Shown: in pieces, positions 22,101 to 36,154 of the stretch
How the letters are laid out: the number at the start of each line of letters is the position of its first letter
Position numbering within the stretch: position 1 is the stretch's first letter
Source of the DNA: Hormiphora californensis
Lineage: Eukaryota > Animalia > Ctenophora
Direction: 5' to 3'
DNA: 64,000 nt
Assembly (NCBI GenBank): GCA_020137815.1
Contig: CM035360.1
Span: 6,510,001 to 6,574,000, forward strand
Made by a program: the position numbers and the translations under genes
The notes under the pieces: generated by a model
Told to the model about the DNA's origin: nothing
The model's database searches: none
What the model saw: only the letters and a program-made list of their open reading frames with translations

Positions 22101-22730
22101 TATAACTTTTTAGGAGCTGATAACACCCCCATTACTTACTGGTAGACCCCGTTATGAGCTACACAGGATAGTCCCTCAGCACAAGGTCCAGTACTATCAC
22201 ACTCTGCAATACACTGTTCATCCTCTGTAAAGTGGAACCCACTCGGACACTCACAACTGTGACAGAAAAGGATTAGTCATGTGAAAGAAACAGGAACGGC
22301 GCCGACCAGATCTGAGCGCACTGTCACAACGGACAGTAAAACCAAGGATATTGGAAAAACAGAACTTCTTCTTCACTCACTCGAACAATAACAATGGTAG
22401 GATTCTTGTAGACATGTAGAATAAAGAAAGAGGAACATTCACTTTTCTGTAAAACACTGTCTGGCGCCGCGACCCCATCTGAGCGCACTGTCGAGAATCA
22501 AATGGGGTATCATGGCGCCGCCATACAGGTAAAACCATTGTACTCACTTGAAGCTGGTGGGTTGTTGTGAACAGGTCATGTTCCCAGGGCAGGAGGTAGA
22601 GGTACAGGCCCCTACACATTCCACCCCGTTATACACTTCATTATCCGGACATAGACAACTGAAGGAGGGGGAGATGGGGTAGTACAGTAGAGAGGGGAGA
22701 TGTGGTTGGTGGTGAGATGGTCAAACGAAC

Positions 22731-22761
<31 letters not shown>

Positions 22762-24800
22762 TACTATTATACCTGATGGTATAGTTGGTTTCCAGAAGGC
22801 AGTCCATTGGTTCAGGGCATGTCACGTGATCACACGTCTCAACACATCTCTCCTCTCCAACAGGCAGAGTTCCTTCAGGACACTCACACCTACATAATTA
22901 GTTACCATGGTTACCATAATCATATCGCCAATAACCATGGTTACCACGCATACCTTGTAACCATGGTTACCACATGACTGAAAGATAACAACTTACAAAT
23001 ACTCAGATGAGGATGTCGGTTTACATTCTCTATCCGCTGGACAGGGGTTGTGTCTACACGGGTCATCAAACACGCACTGTTCCCCCTCTAGAACATAGCC
23101 TTCTGGGCAGACACAACTAAATGGGGAGATGTTAGTATGATTAGATGGAAATGGAAGGGGAGAGAGTTGAAAATATACTATTGCATGTTGTTTTGAGAAC
23201 TTTGCGATAGTTAGATAAGTTCGTTACTTGCATTTAGTCTAGGTAAGTAACTACGCCAGATTCATCTCTATGGGTTCTGACAATGCTACTTACTCATAAC
23301 TAGTATCAGTGGGGACGCACTCCATCAGGGGGTCAGTACACACCCCAGGTACCTCACAGAATGGCACACAATCCCCTTCATCTGTCTCAGTCTCCCCAGC
23401 GGGGCACACACAAACGGGTATCTCATTCACAACTGTACAGATCTGGTCCTCGCGACAGGAGTTGTTTAGACAGGGGTCCTTCTTTTCACATCTGAGTGGA
23501 GAGAGGTGTATAATTGGGACAAGGAAAAAAAGGTCACAAAACTTGTCGGAAACCGACACATAACGTTTTGGAATTTCCTGGAACAACCGACTACAAACTA
23601 TTTATGCATGATACGGGGAAAAAAGAGGGTAGACCAGGTGTATATGACTCTGATTTATTCATGTTAACACTTGGATGTTCTTTATTGTATTCCGGCGCCA
23701 ACCCAGCCTGGATCATTTATCCGCTGTAGTTTTTGTGTGGATCTCCCCTCACTTCCCTGTCCCCACTCTCTCTCCCCACTCACCCATATGAAGTGGGTGC
23801 AGTAGAAAGAGAGTCCACTTATTGTCTACTCATTGGGGTCTACAATAATCACCCAACATTGTATAGTAGTAGTGTAGGAATATCAATTAGATATGCCGGA
23901 ATATAATCATCAAATCTAAATCAGGGTAAACAGACTCTGTAACTTTCACTACCCTTACTGTAACTTACCATTCATTCCTATTCCCTAGGTCTTTATACAT
24001 TTATAGCTTTCTTTAGAACAACTAGTTTGACAGGACAAGTTTCCTGGAACTATTATCTCTATAGAAGCTGAGTCTATAGATTAGTTTGAATTTTATACAA
24101 AAGTGATTATAAGCTAAACGGTGCATGTACCGCACTGTTTTTCTTCTCTTGGCCACATTAGTAGTCTTTAACGGAGTTAAGACTAAAGGACAACAACGTT
24201 CTGCTTTTGAGCTAAATTTTGAGCCAATTTTGTCACGGCTTAAAGATTCTTAAGAATTTGTAACTAAAATAGAATAGTTTGAACTTTGAAGGCGTTACCA
24301 CCGCGGCTCTAAGCTTAAAATCTTAAGGGCCCCAGAGAAGTGGAAAGTCGAGACTCATTAGTACAGCTGTTTAATATTTATTTTCAATTTCATGAGCATA
24401 TATTTCTCTTTTGTGCATGATTTTTCTCTTATATTCTCCATACTGCGGCTTGTTTGAGGTTATGCCAACTGGCTTAAAACGTTGTTGCAGTTGTTTAATC
24501 ATATCCCAACTGGTTCTGCCGAATCTTCGCAATGCACTCTGTGTGGGCTAAACAAATCCTAACTACCTCTAAAAGGTGTTTGAGCTTATGAATAATCCCA
24601 AGTGGCCCTAAAGGCTAAAGCAGTTGTCAGTTGTTTACTCATATCCCTACTTGCTCTAAAACAGCGATCTTCTAACAATTGTCAGTGGGATCCTTAGTAT
24701 TTATATTAGTGGGATGCTTACCTTGCGTGTTGTCCGTCTCTGATACAGACCTCATCCTCGTTACAAATACCCTCAATGTCACAGATGTGCCACGCACTGC
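19088..24800 (-). CDS. Extracellular multi-EGF-repeat protein with C-terminal Calx-beta-like/Ig-like domains; 5' end not resolved
   Basis: More than ten Cys-rich exons, e.g. CEKKDPCLNNSC.., CVCPEGYVLEGEQCVFDDPCRHNPC, CECPSGFHF and CVDIDECSMGNPC. These are followed by HLFEDHYTF..EGQSIRVNITRVG (about 19925-20110) and a final beta-rich exon (19088-19372). No transmembrane segment was seen at the C-terminus. Confidence 0.75.
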
Positions 24801-24829
24801 AGGAGGTGTGGGGTGAGAGAGAGAGAGAG

Positions 24830-24891
<62 letters not shown>

Positions 24892-26002
24892 CAGAGAGAG
24901 GCAGAGAGAGAGGCAGAGAGAGCAAGAGCGAGAGCGAGAGGAAAAGAGAAAGAAAAAGTCAAACAGCATTTTAATTTCACCGACACTTGCTGATGCATAT
25001 TTTTGAGCAATCTGTCACAAATTTCCTGGTGCCGTATTATTCTATTGTGTTGAATCTCTCCCTCTATTTCTCTCTTTATCTAATCCCAGTCTAGAGACTG
25101 GGAATAGAGTAGTTTCCAGTACTGCACTTCCTGTTCAGATACTTCCAATATCTGTCCCCCGACCCCACCATGTTTCATGTCACGTTGTGTAGGGCACGTG
25201 TAGGGCCCCATAGTTCTATATAATATCAACCTATACCCATATGTCGCCAAACTTCCAATATCCGTGGAGTAGGGTGAAGGTAGTAGTACGGGAAAACAAA
25301 TATTGCGGTTGAACAGTAGGCAAGTTGGGGATGAAATACTAAAAATAGTGAGAGTTGGTAGAATTCTATGAAGTATACCGGGGGAGGGGGTGGTATAGAG
25401 ATGGAGGGATGGTATAATACTGGATAGTAGAGGTGTATGTGTTGGTGAAGTGTTGTGCCGGTCACTCAGATAGTTTCAGGAAATAATGCCGCCAGTAGGG
25501 GGGTTCTTCGGGACTGGGGGTAGCAATATGTGAGCACTGCAGGTGTCAGAAATAACACGGAAAAATTCCGAAATGTTCTAACTGCTAACCTCCTTTAAAA
25601 CATTTGTAGAGAGAGGGTCGAGGAAGTCAAACAAAATGAAAAAAGCCACAACATGCAGTGAATTGACAGTGGACACAGAGTTGGCTGCGTAGCCTCAAGC
25701 CCTGTGACCTGTGTGAGGGGATCGCCTTGTGGGCACGCGAACAGGGGCGCGACGTGCGACAAAGAGGGGTTGTGAAAAATAGCGAGACCATAAATTGGAA
25801 TCAATTGGGTGAGGTTTAAAAAGAATAGTCAAACATTGCACATGGTACGTGTGTCTGGTGGTATATATGTGGTGGTACGTTAGTATGTTGGTACGTGCGG
25901 TGGTACGTGTGTTGGTGTGTAGAACGAGGAAGTAGGATGATTTTAGGATACTGTTAATTTGAAATGACACTCATCACCAGCAATTGTCTCCAACAATTTT
26001 CT

Positions 26003-26105
<103 letters not shown>

Positions 26106-26670
26106 GCTCTTTCTATCTCTCTCCTCCTCTCCATCTCTCTCTCTCTCGTTCTCTCTCTCTGTCTCATCCTTCTTCTCTGTCTCTAGCATCTTCACAATCG
26201 GGCTATGCAAGCACGGTATCGTCCACATCCTGAAGAATTGAAAAATTATGAACTTTGATCACTACAATCGTTGTTCTGTTTAATACACTGTGTTCCATTC
26301 GAGCAGTAAAAGTTTGTGATAATGGAAACCTCAAGTGCTCGATTACTGACGCTCACTTTATGTTATAGTACATAATATTATCTGTGCTAAATCTCAAACA
26401 GAAAATGAATGCTATACCGTTTAACTCTATAGCTCTCCACCCCATATCTGACAGCCCCATATTGGATAGATCAATATCAGTTAGCTTTAATCCAAGTCCT
26501 ATACCTACCGACTCCATTAAATTGATTTTTAGTCCCTGTCAGTTGCAAACTCTCAATGCGTATCCCATTTTATCTATTATTCCTTCTCTTCCATTTCTTT
26601 CTATTTCCCTCTTCATTCATTGAGAAACATATCTCTCTTTCTTCTGGTGAGATCATAAACGATTATTTCT

Positions 26671-26770
26671 NNNNNNNNNNNNNNNNNNNNNNNNNNNNNN
26701 NNNNNNNNNNNNNNNNNNNNNNNNNNNNNNNNNNNNNNNNNNNNNNNNNNNNNNNNNNNNNNNNNNNNNN
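26671..26770. other. Assembly gap (100 N)
   Basis: Run of N. Confidence 1.
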
Positions 26771-29724
26771 ATGGATGTAACCTACCCTCACTCATTAGTT
26801 ACTATGACTCAGCCCTTTGCCCTCTAGCTTCCCTAATTCTATCTCATCTCTCTTACTGCGATCCATCCTTCACCTTATATTCGAACCCTATAAGCCCGTT
26901 CTCAATACCTTCTCCCCTCATAGACGAGCATCCCTACATTCCATAGATTAGTAGCTTGGTAACACAAAGTAAAGACCACTAGATGCTATTATTATTATTA
27001 TCCTCAGAATACTATATCTAATCCCTTTTGAATGTGTCTTACTCCCCTCTTCCCGCGGTTTGTTATCGGATCGCGTTGTAGTAGTCTTTTACCGAGAGTC
27101 CTTCTCGCTCTAACTGTGATTACTCTAATTCCGCTCTTTACTACTTGTTTTAACTGCATTCCGGAACTGTCTTTCTTCCTATCTGTGTGTCTGTACTGTC
27201 TTGGGATAGCCCTCTTCACACCTAATGATATGGCTTCCCATAAAACAGGGCTCAGAAAAACTCAAAGAACGATTGTCTTGGAGTAGGGTTAATTTGTGCA
27301 CTGAGTCCGCTTTAATATTTCTTCCTAATGGTGACATGTGGGCTAGTATAGTTACTATTGGAACTGTTTATGTCAGTGAGGACGAGATTGTTGGTATTTG
27401 ATTGTAACTCTCCTTCTTAAAAAACTGAATTGATTTTGAATTTCAACCCCCCCCCCCCCCCACCTATACGTACAAACAATGCAGCCCCGAGCCTCTCAGT
27501 AGCCCCCGATCTGAGTCCCTTGCAGAGCGCTTCTTTCTCTAGATATCTGTGTGGGCTCATTTGTTCGGATTTAAAGTGATTTTGGATGCGGGGTAACTCA
27601 CTTGGGTCTCTTATTGAGCCCAGTTGTATACCGAGTTACTGTCCTCTCTCTTGTTCACACACTTTGCCCTTTTTTTCCCTCTCATCTCCTCCCGACCTAC
27701 TTAGGGGGGCGTTGGGTCATTAGGCGGTAGAATGAAATTAGAGGTTGTGCGCCGTATCTCGGATTTCGGTTACCACCATCTATTCACTTTTCTGTTCTCC
27801 AATCGCCTCTCGCTTCGTCTTTGTGTCGTTGCCTGTGCGTGCTGTGGCACTCTATTGGGTCGGCGGCGTTCCGTCGACCCGCGTTGAACCCTCCGTGGAT
27901 GCTCTCTTCCACCGGCTCACTGAACTAACAAAACGGAGGAGGGAACGGGGGCAATTCCTTACTCTACCACTCCCCCCAAGCACGGGGCGAGAGAGAGAGA
28001 GAGAGAGAGACGAGAGAGCTAGGATCGACGATCTATAGATAGAGATAGAGATCTAGGATATATAGCAGATAGAGCGATATTCGAGCGAATATAGCCTTCA
28101 TCTCGCTCTCGCGCTCGCTCGCTCTCCGCTCTTTCTCGCTTCTGCTCTCGTCTACCTGCTCCAGCAGACAAACGAGATCTCTTCTTCTCACTCCTCTCTA
28201 GCGTACATCTTCTCTCACTAACTTTGCGTGACCATCTTCTCCTCTCCTCCTATCCTGACTTCTCCCTCTTCTACCGGGGCTCTTTCGTGCCTCTCTCGCT
28301 GCCTCCACTCCTCTACTCGATACTCTCTCAACCTCTCTCTCTTCTCTCTCTCTCTCGCTCTCTCTCATCTCTCATCTCTCGCCGTTGTCTTTCTCCCCTT
28401 CACCCTGCCTCAGTATGCGACAGGTCATCCTACAACTCCCTTTTTGCTCCGTCCTCTCTCTCCTTCATCTCTTAGCTTCGCATTTACCCTCAATTACCTT
28501 CTCTTATTTCTTCTTCTTCTCATTCTCTCTCCGATCCACCTTCCTTTCTCTTTTTTACCCCTCTTCTTCTTCTGTTCCGCACGTCTTTCCCTTCTCTTCC
28601 TTCCCTCTTCATCCCAACCCGCCCTCCCTCCGTCTCTTTCCTCCCTTCTTCCTCCATCTTTCCTCCTCCCTATGATCACTTATCAACAAATAGACCTAGA
28701 CGCGATAATTCACCGTAGTGAGTCTACCACATGTGGACTTATAGAGATCTATTAGTCTGTAGAAATACAGTAGACCTCTATAACACACGTCTTTAGTCCA
28801 AGTTGACTCTATAAGATCCTTAATTGTCACAAATCAACCCGGCATGGAGATATATACCAACCCAAAAATTATCTCCATATCTCACATACTATAGTAGAAC
28901 CAGAGAGAAAGTGAGATATCTCTGATTCTTGCTCTTAGACAGTTGGTGACAGTTCAAAAACAAATAAGTGTTTCTTTTTTCCTCCCGATTGTTGTGTTTC
29001 AACGTGTTTTCTTACCTTTGTTTTCATCGGGGGACCCCCCAAGCTTCCTTTTTCTCGTTTTCCCATGGAGATATTAGGTTAACAATCAATGTTTTATTGT
29101 CCAATTCAGAGAATTTATTGACCTCCAGATCTATTTCAATAATATTTAACGGGATAGAGATATATGGCCCTGTTGATAATATTCTTATTGTGGACCCCAT
29201 TACTGGGCAATGCGGGGCTAGGATCAGACATCATGTGCTATAGCTGTCAAGCTGCTGGGGGCTAGCGAATGACCTGCCCCGGATGAGATGGCTAACTGCA
29301 CTCCTGCCCTGTTTCCCTTGTTCTGTTCTCTCTCTATCTCACCTATCGCGGGTGCCGCTCGTATGCCGCCAAGCGTCAGCCGGGTCCGTCTCAAGAGTGC
29401 GGAGACAACCAGAGGACTCATCGGGACTCCGTCCCGCCCACGAAGCGTATGATATAGGGGCATCGTCTCAAAGGCTATCTCACCGGTCCGTACGTCTCAC
29501 TCATGCCTGCCCACGGAAAGGCCTAGAGGGGCGCCCGATACTGCTGTTGCGAGAGAGGTCAACGTCGTTTGTGCGGCTGTCAACGCGGTCTTCCCACAGC
29601 GAGAGCCCTCGGCCAATAGGATGGCGGCCGGGGATAACGCACCGTGGTATCAGAAAATCAACTGATCAAGATCCCTATTTTACACCTACTGCAGTACCTT
29701 TTGTTTGTTAACTCCCGCATCAAC

Positions 29725-32191
29725 ATGACTATTAAATCTGGATTCCGTATTGAGGATATTCTGGGTAAGGAACGCCGCTCCAACTACCAGCAGAATATCA
29801 CACTCTCTGGTAACAGGGGTCTCTTCCCCTTCGACCATCTCTCTGAACAGAACAAGGTATGTGATTTGTATTAATAGATCGTTCAAATTGGACCCAGATG
29901 TATAATAGACAATTAAAACGTTTTAAATTAAGTAAAACCAAGGTGCTTAAATATTCCAATTTAGCTGTTTCCAATTCGGTCCTTTTCTGCTGAACCTATA
30001 CCCACCAATCTAGCATATCTCATATCCTATCTCCCCTCATATATTTGCTTCTTTCGGCTCCGCGGACCTCTCACAGCTCTGTGAATGTTCCTAGTGTTCT
30101 CGAGTTTTTTTTAGTGGGGGGGGGGGCAAAAAAAAAAATGTGCGGGGCGGTAACGGGGGGGGGCCAACCCCAATAAAGATATAAAAAGGGAGAGAGAGAT
30201 CTCAGTTGTCGCAATAATTCATGACCCCTAATTTGTCACCTAGACTTGCTACACCGGCAGCTCGGTATCAACCCCCTCCCTCTCTTCAGGTCTCATACGG
30301 GGGTCACCATCACGGATCTTCCCTTGGATTTGGATCCAAGATTGCAGTCCCCATCCCCAAGTATAATGACAAGCCCATGATGTTATCTCTGGCTGGGAAA
30401 CAGTCGCTATCCAGCCACCACTCGGGGAGGGAGGGAGGAGCGGGACCCTCAGCTTCCTCAGGTATGTGTTATGAGATATAGATAGATACGGTATTGCTGC
30501 AGCAGGGGGACGGACTGGGTGACAAATTGGCAGGGCAGGTCAGGCAGGGTGATCCATCAACTGCCACGTGATGATTGAGAAACTGAGAAAAAGAGACAGA
30601 AATGCCATCATCGTACTACAGCTGGGGGTACTTTCCCTCTTTCTCTCTCTATCTCTCTCTCTCTCTCCCTCTCTTTTCTATCTCTCTCTATCTCTCTATC
30701 TCTCTCTCTCTTTCTATCTCGACCTGTGGGAGTAGGAAACAGTACTGTCATGTAGTTGGTAGTCTTGTCTAGGCTGGGTTAGTTGGCAAGGATGGGTTAG
30801 TGAGAGAGTGAGAAATACAGAGACAAGATCGAGAGGGAGAAGAGAAAAGAGAAGAGATAGGAGAGAGAAGAGAACCGGGGAGAGCTTCCTCCTTATCTCT
30901 ATCTCCACCAGTCCTCACGCTTCTATGACGCTCTCTCTCTCTCTCTCGTCTCTCATCGCTCTCTCTCTCTCTCTCTCTCCTCTCTTCACCCTCCTCTCTC
31001 TCCCGTTTCCCTCTCTACCTCTCTTCTCCCCCCCCGGGAAATTGTTGGTAGTAGCGGGTGGGTTTTGAAAACCCATTTCTAATATGGGGTGCTATTGCTC
31101 AGCAATTCAACAACAGTGCAGTAGGGATTCAACTGCTCTGTATTTTTCTATAACTGTTGCAGCGGCATATAAGGGTCTTTCTCAATCCGAAACATTAACC
31201 TAAGTTGTTTGGGAAGCCAATAATCAATATATACTCCAAGCACTGGAGCGGTCATGGTCACTCAGCTCGGCCATGCAATTGTCAGCCATGGACAAGGGAA
31301 CTTCATTGACATTATGCTTACTTTCCCTCATTCTCCGCACTTGAAGAGAGCGAGAAGCGGCCGGAACGAAATTATGGAAAAATTATATTTGGAAGAAAGG
31401 CGATAAGTGAAGTCAGAGAAGAGGTGAAATTGAAAAAGATAATTGAAATTGCGGTAGAGATGGGGTGCTAATACTGATTTCCCGATACTTTATGAAGATT
31501 TATGCACTGACTAGACGGTTTGGTCTGCAGATTGGGCACCCCTTAGTCTGGCCCCACCCTCGCCCCTCTCTCAAATGGTCAAATATTTAGACCATCGCCC
31601 GTCTCTCCATTCTGTTTGATAATTTAGGGAACAATGTGTTCTAAATCACATGTGAGGATTTCGAGATAATACGCAATATATTACAAACCGAGAGAGTGAG
31701 AGGAGTTAAAACTAGACCATGGCGATAAGAATGTTGCTGCTGCAGTGGTGCTGCTAAATAAGCAGAAAACAACAGTCGAGCCGGGCCGCTTGTATCTTTC
31801 GATTCCCTTCCCCCTTTCTATCTCACTTTCTCTCTCACTTCTCGTTAATGAATTGGGTTTTATCGGGGGTCTGTGATACATGGATAAAGGGGCGGCAGAA
31901 CTCAAAGGGTGAGAGAGAGAGAGCTGTAAACCAAGAAAGTTGAGAGAGAGAATGCTTGCCGCACCATCTGTCACCATTAATACCTCTTTAATAGCTGGAC
32001 ACCTGGAGTAGTTAAAGGGGGTACAGACCACTACAATTTGGATCAGTACTGCTAGGTATTGATGAATTCCCCCTTTTTTCCAGTTGACTACTTTTCGGGG
32101 TCTTTATTAAATCTAGCTCTACTAGCTCGAATAGATCATTTAATAACGCCCAGCAATAGCTACAAGACTGATACTTTTCCCACTTGTGGGT

Positions 32192-32285
<94 letters not shown>

Positions 32286-33669
32286 AGGAACGTTTCGTCT
32301 GGTTCATTGTCTGCTCGGAATTCGGTAATGATACAGTACATGACAATATATATATCGCTCCGACGCTCTTCCCGCAGTGTGGCCGCGGGGGCAATTGCAA
32401 CATTTTACTTTGTCGGTGTGCCGATACTTAAACACAAAAGAGCTATAGCAATTCCCCCCTGATCCTTCTCGCGAAGCAGCATGATCTGGTCTATCTGAGG
32501 GACAGATTCGATATAATAGAATCCAGGCTAGACCCCCCTCTTCTTCGATCAGCCATATATCTATCAAATTAATTTAATAGCGCCCCACCTACTTCTAACT
32601 ATAGCTCTCTCTCAAAAGTAGGACCACAATCAATAGGCGGCCACTGTGTGCTAACAGCCCATTGTCTGCAGGGCACCACCATCACCACTAGGTAGCCACT
32701 AGATTCCATTAATACACCACTCTCGTGATCGTGTCCCGTCTAGGACAACCCCCCTCTCATGGAGAGCTCCTGGACTAAGGATGGTGACTAGGTCTCCTTC
32801 TATCACCCAGCAGGGGGATGTGCAGTGCGTTCTCTATAGCTACGTCAATTCATTATTCCGTAACTTCGTTATGGAGGGGGGGGTCTGTTGTGACCTCCCG
32901 ACACTCTCTATCATATCCCTCTCTATCATCCCTCTCGCTCTCGAGATAAAAAGTACTAAAGTGCCACCGGGGACCCTGATTCTTCTCAATTGGTCCATTC
33001 AATAGCTTGCTCCTCATTACAGTAGTTCTTAGAGAGAGGGGGAGGGAGAAAGAGAGATGGAGAGAGGGGGGACGAGGGACCCAACAATTGGGAGATTCAA
33101 TAAGGGTGTGTGGGTGTCTTTAGCCCAGCTACCAGCTACCTCACCTGCTAGACAGATCTGGGCTGGAGAGGAAGAGAGAAACACGAAGATAATGAGGGTG
33201 AGATTTGGGACTTTTCCCCCGCTCTCTCTCTCCCTCACTTCGTCCTAGGAGAATCAATACAGAAACAGTAGGAATAAAATTCAGAAAGACGGCATAAAAT
33301 TAAAGTAATATGATTAAGAATTATTTTCGGGTCTCGGACGTTGTGGGATAGTGTAATGTGTACTCCTTCTCTCATCTTCTCTTTCTTTCCACCTGGCTGA
33401 TGATAAAACCCATCCCCCGGCCCCAAATCAACAACCTTATCCCCTGGCCCTGTTGATGATAATACGGTTTAGACACTTGGCGGTAGACTAGACATTCCTA
33501 TCTCATGATTGTAAGGGGGCGTGCAGCAGCGGTGAGTACTTGACCAGCCCTAATAATCCACATATTATCATGCCCCGCTTGACCTCTCTCTCACTTTTCT
33601 TCTTCTCTTCTATCTCTCTCTCTCTCTCTCCCTCTCTCCCACTCTCTCTCTCCTTCTTCTTTTCTTTTA

Positions 33670-33715
<46 letters not shown>

Positions 33716-34250
33716 TACTGTGTCCAGGGGGCTGGGAGGGCGTCAATTTTTGCCGGCTACTTACAGGCCAATAATAGGAATCATAATCGAATTGCCAGCA
33801 GCTCCTCCTTTCTCTCTCTCTCCCTCGAACACGTGGTACTCAGTACTCAGGACGGTAAATTAAGGGCGATAACAATTGAAGGGATGGGGAGGGTGATAAG
33901 AGGGAGCGTCAACTAAGTACCAGACACTTGAGGCATGGAGGGAGGGGGGTAAATGCCCCCGGCTTTTCGACGACCAGCTCCTTATCAGCTGTACCATTTG
34001 ACCGTGAACTGACCACGTGACAGCTGTGTAGTACCCGGTGTAGTGGTCACGTGATCTGGTGAAGTGGTCACGTGACCTGGTGAAGTGATCACGTGTTCAA
34101 TAAGCCCTGCCTTTATGCCGTGCCCCTATACCGCCGACCCGTGTAACTCTTGCTCTAACTGTCCTAGTTGGCATACCCGGAGTTGAACGGGGAGATAGAG
34201 GGAGAGAGAGAGGGAGATAGTGGGAGAGATAGAGAGAGATAGAGGGAGAT

Positions 34251-34294
<44 letters not shown>

Positions 34295-35519
34295 GTAGAA
34301 AGAGAGAGTCGGCACGCACTCTGTTCATGAGAGGCATTGTCTCATATTGCCCTGTTATATTCTACTCAGTACTGTACTTAGAACGAGATTTACCGTGCTG
34401 ACCATGTCGCAGCCTAGAACATTTCGTGCGATAACCCACGAGCCGGGAGAACGTTAGGAACGCGATAAAACCGCGACACGGGGGAGGGGGGAGGGGGGGT
34501 TGAGCCGAATTGTTATACATGGGGGTTGAGCCGCTCTCGAATTGTTATACCAGGGCCGGGGTTGATTTCTTCTTCGAGTGCCGGGTTGGAGGACCCTAAA
34601 GAGTGGCCAGGGGGGTTGACTGTTGAGTCAAAATGTCGAATAATATCAGCTGAATTTTCAGGAGGATACAAGAGCTCAAACCAAGGAGGAGGCTGGCAGA
34701 TACCTCCTGAGAAGAAGGTGAGTTGATGTTTCTATATATCCACATGGAGTCAATGTGACGACACTTTTTTATATCCACCAGTGTCCAGTAGTATTATCTG
34801 CTGGTATAACATTGTGGTCGTGCTCCCCACAAGAATCGCTCAGTACTGCTACACCAATGGTGTAGTACACCATGTCTCGTCAAGTAGTCTCCACGCAGTA
34901 TTGCAGTCTTATTGCAGTATTGCAGCGATAAGGATAACATGTTAGATAATGTTATTAAGTACTTCATATATGCACTACTGGCCACCACCAAGTATGACCT
35001 CTTCTTTAGGCCAACATACCACGCCTGATGTCTCATGCAGAACTAGTGATCTAATACAACTCATTTTCCTAGGGTCAAGTGGAAGCGACCCGGAAATCTA
35101 AACCTCGGAAAACTCAAACAGTATTCTCTACCTTCCAAGTACAGCACCTTGAACAGACATACAACAGCCAGAACTACATCAGCACAGAGGATCGACAGAA
35201 GATCGCTAATGTTCTACAGATGTCCGTACCACAGGTATGTAAAACGAATCAGCTAGGTCGCAAGCTGGAAAGTTGCTAATGATTGATTTATTTCCCCCAA
35301 CCAACTGGCAATTATCTTGTTCTCCAAAACTAAATCATTTGTCATGCACCTAATACTTACACCCTCCTCCTCCTCCTCCAGGTAAAGAACTGGTTCCAGA
35401 ACAAGAGGAACAAGGAGAGAAAGATGGGAAAACACCCAAACAGGAACAGTATCCAACTGGGCAGCCCCTACGGAGTGGACTACAGACTACCACACAACCT
35501 AATGTCAGGGCGCTATTAG
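29725..35519 (+). CDS. ANTP-class (NKL-like) homeobox transcription factor with N-terminal eh1 motif; 5 exons
   Basis: Exons 29725-29856, 30290-30461, 34662-34717, 35073-35234 and 35382-35519 splice in frame. The eh1/TN motif is SGFRIEDILG. The homeodomain is PRKTQTVFSTFQVQHLEQTYNSQNYISTEDRQKIANVLQMSVPQ|VKNWFQNKRNKERKMG, with an intron at the common codon 44/45 position. Confidence 0.9.
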
Positions 35520-36154
35520 ACAATCCCAGCCCAACACAGATACTGTGTATACCAATGCTATGTTCAGGAGATATATCTAGTGATCTGTAGGTTATCTAGG
35601 GAGTCGGGAGAGACAATTGAGAACGAGCCTTTCCAACAATCCAGATTAATATAATATGTTCTGATTCAGAACGGTAGACTGAGATTATATTTGCATTGGT
35701 AGTTTGCGATATTAAGCAGTTTTACGACTTACTTGTGTTACATCTTCAGACCTTTTTGTATTTGCTACGACAATAATCTCGTTTCCAATTTGACTTTTGT
35801 AATTTTAATTCTGGGTCGATCGGTAAATATGCCGACTTTGGCATCTGTAAAAGAAAGATGTTGATTTGTTGTAGGACTCTAGCATGGTTTTAGCGACTCA
35901 GTTGGTACTTAGTTTCTCACTGTACTGGCCAGGTGACTCACATTCTGCTTCAGATGAAGACGGAGTATTTGACTTGTTTGGGACTTGTTATCTCCAGTTC
36001 CGGCCTTTCATACATCGCATATATCGCATTTTAAACCTTTTTGAGACGGAAAATGTGTGAAGTAAAACTGGTTAGACAGTCTAACTTAGACTTTAGAGGA
36101 TCTTAAAGTGGTACACGGTCGATTGACAAGGGTCAAGGAAGCCGTCACGGTCCG

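Noticed and set aside
26160-26235. Possible upstream exon of the EGF gene (PCLHSP-like)
   Set aside because: No clean frame or donor site, and it sits beside a microsatellite and near a gap.
27700-28760. ORFs of 97-175 aa in pyrimidine-rich sequence
   Set aside because: Low-complexity, degraded microsatellite or noisy read sequence with no domain signal.
30335-30365. KIAVPIP resembling the NK2-specific domain (VAVPV)
   Set aside because: The match is too short, lies upstream rather than downstream of the homeodomain, and the homeodomain lacks the NK2 Y54.
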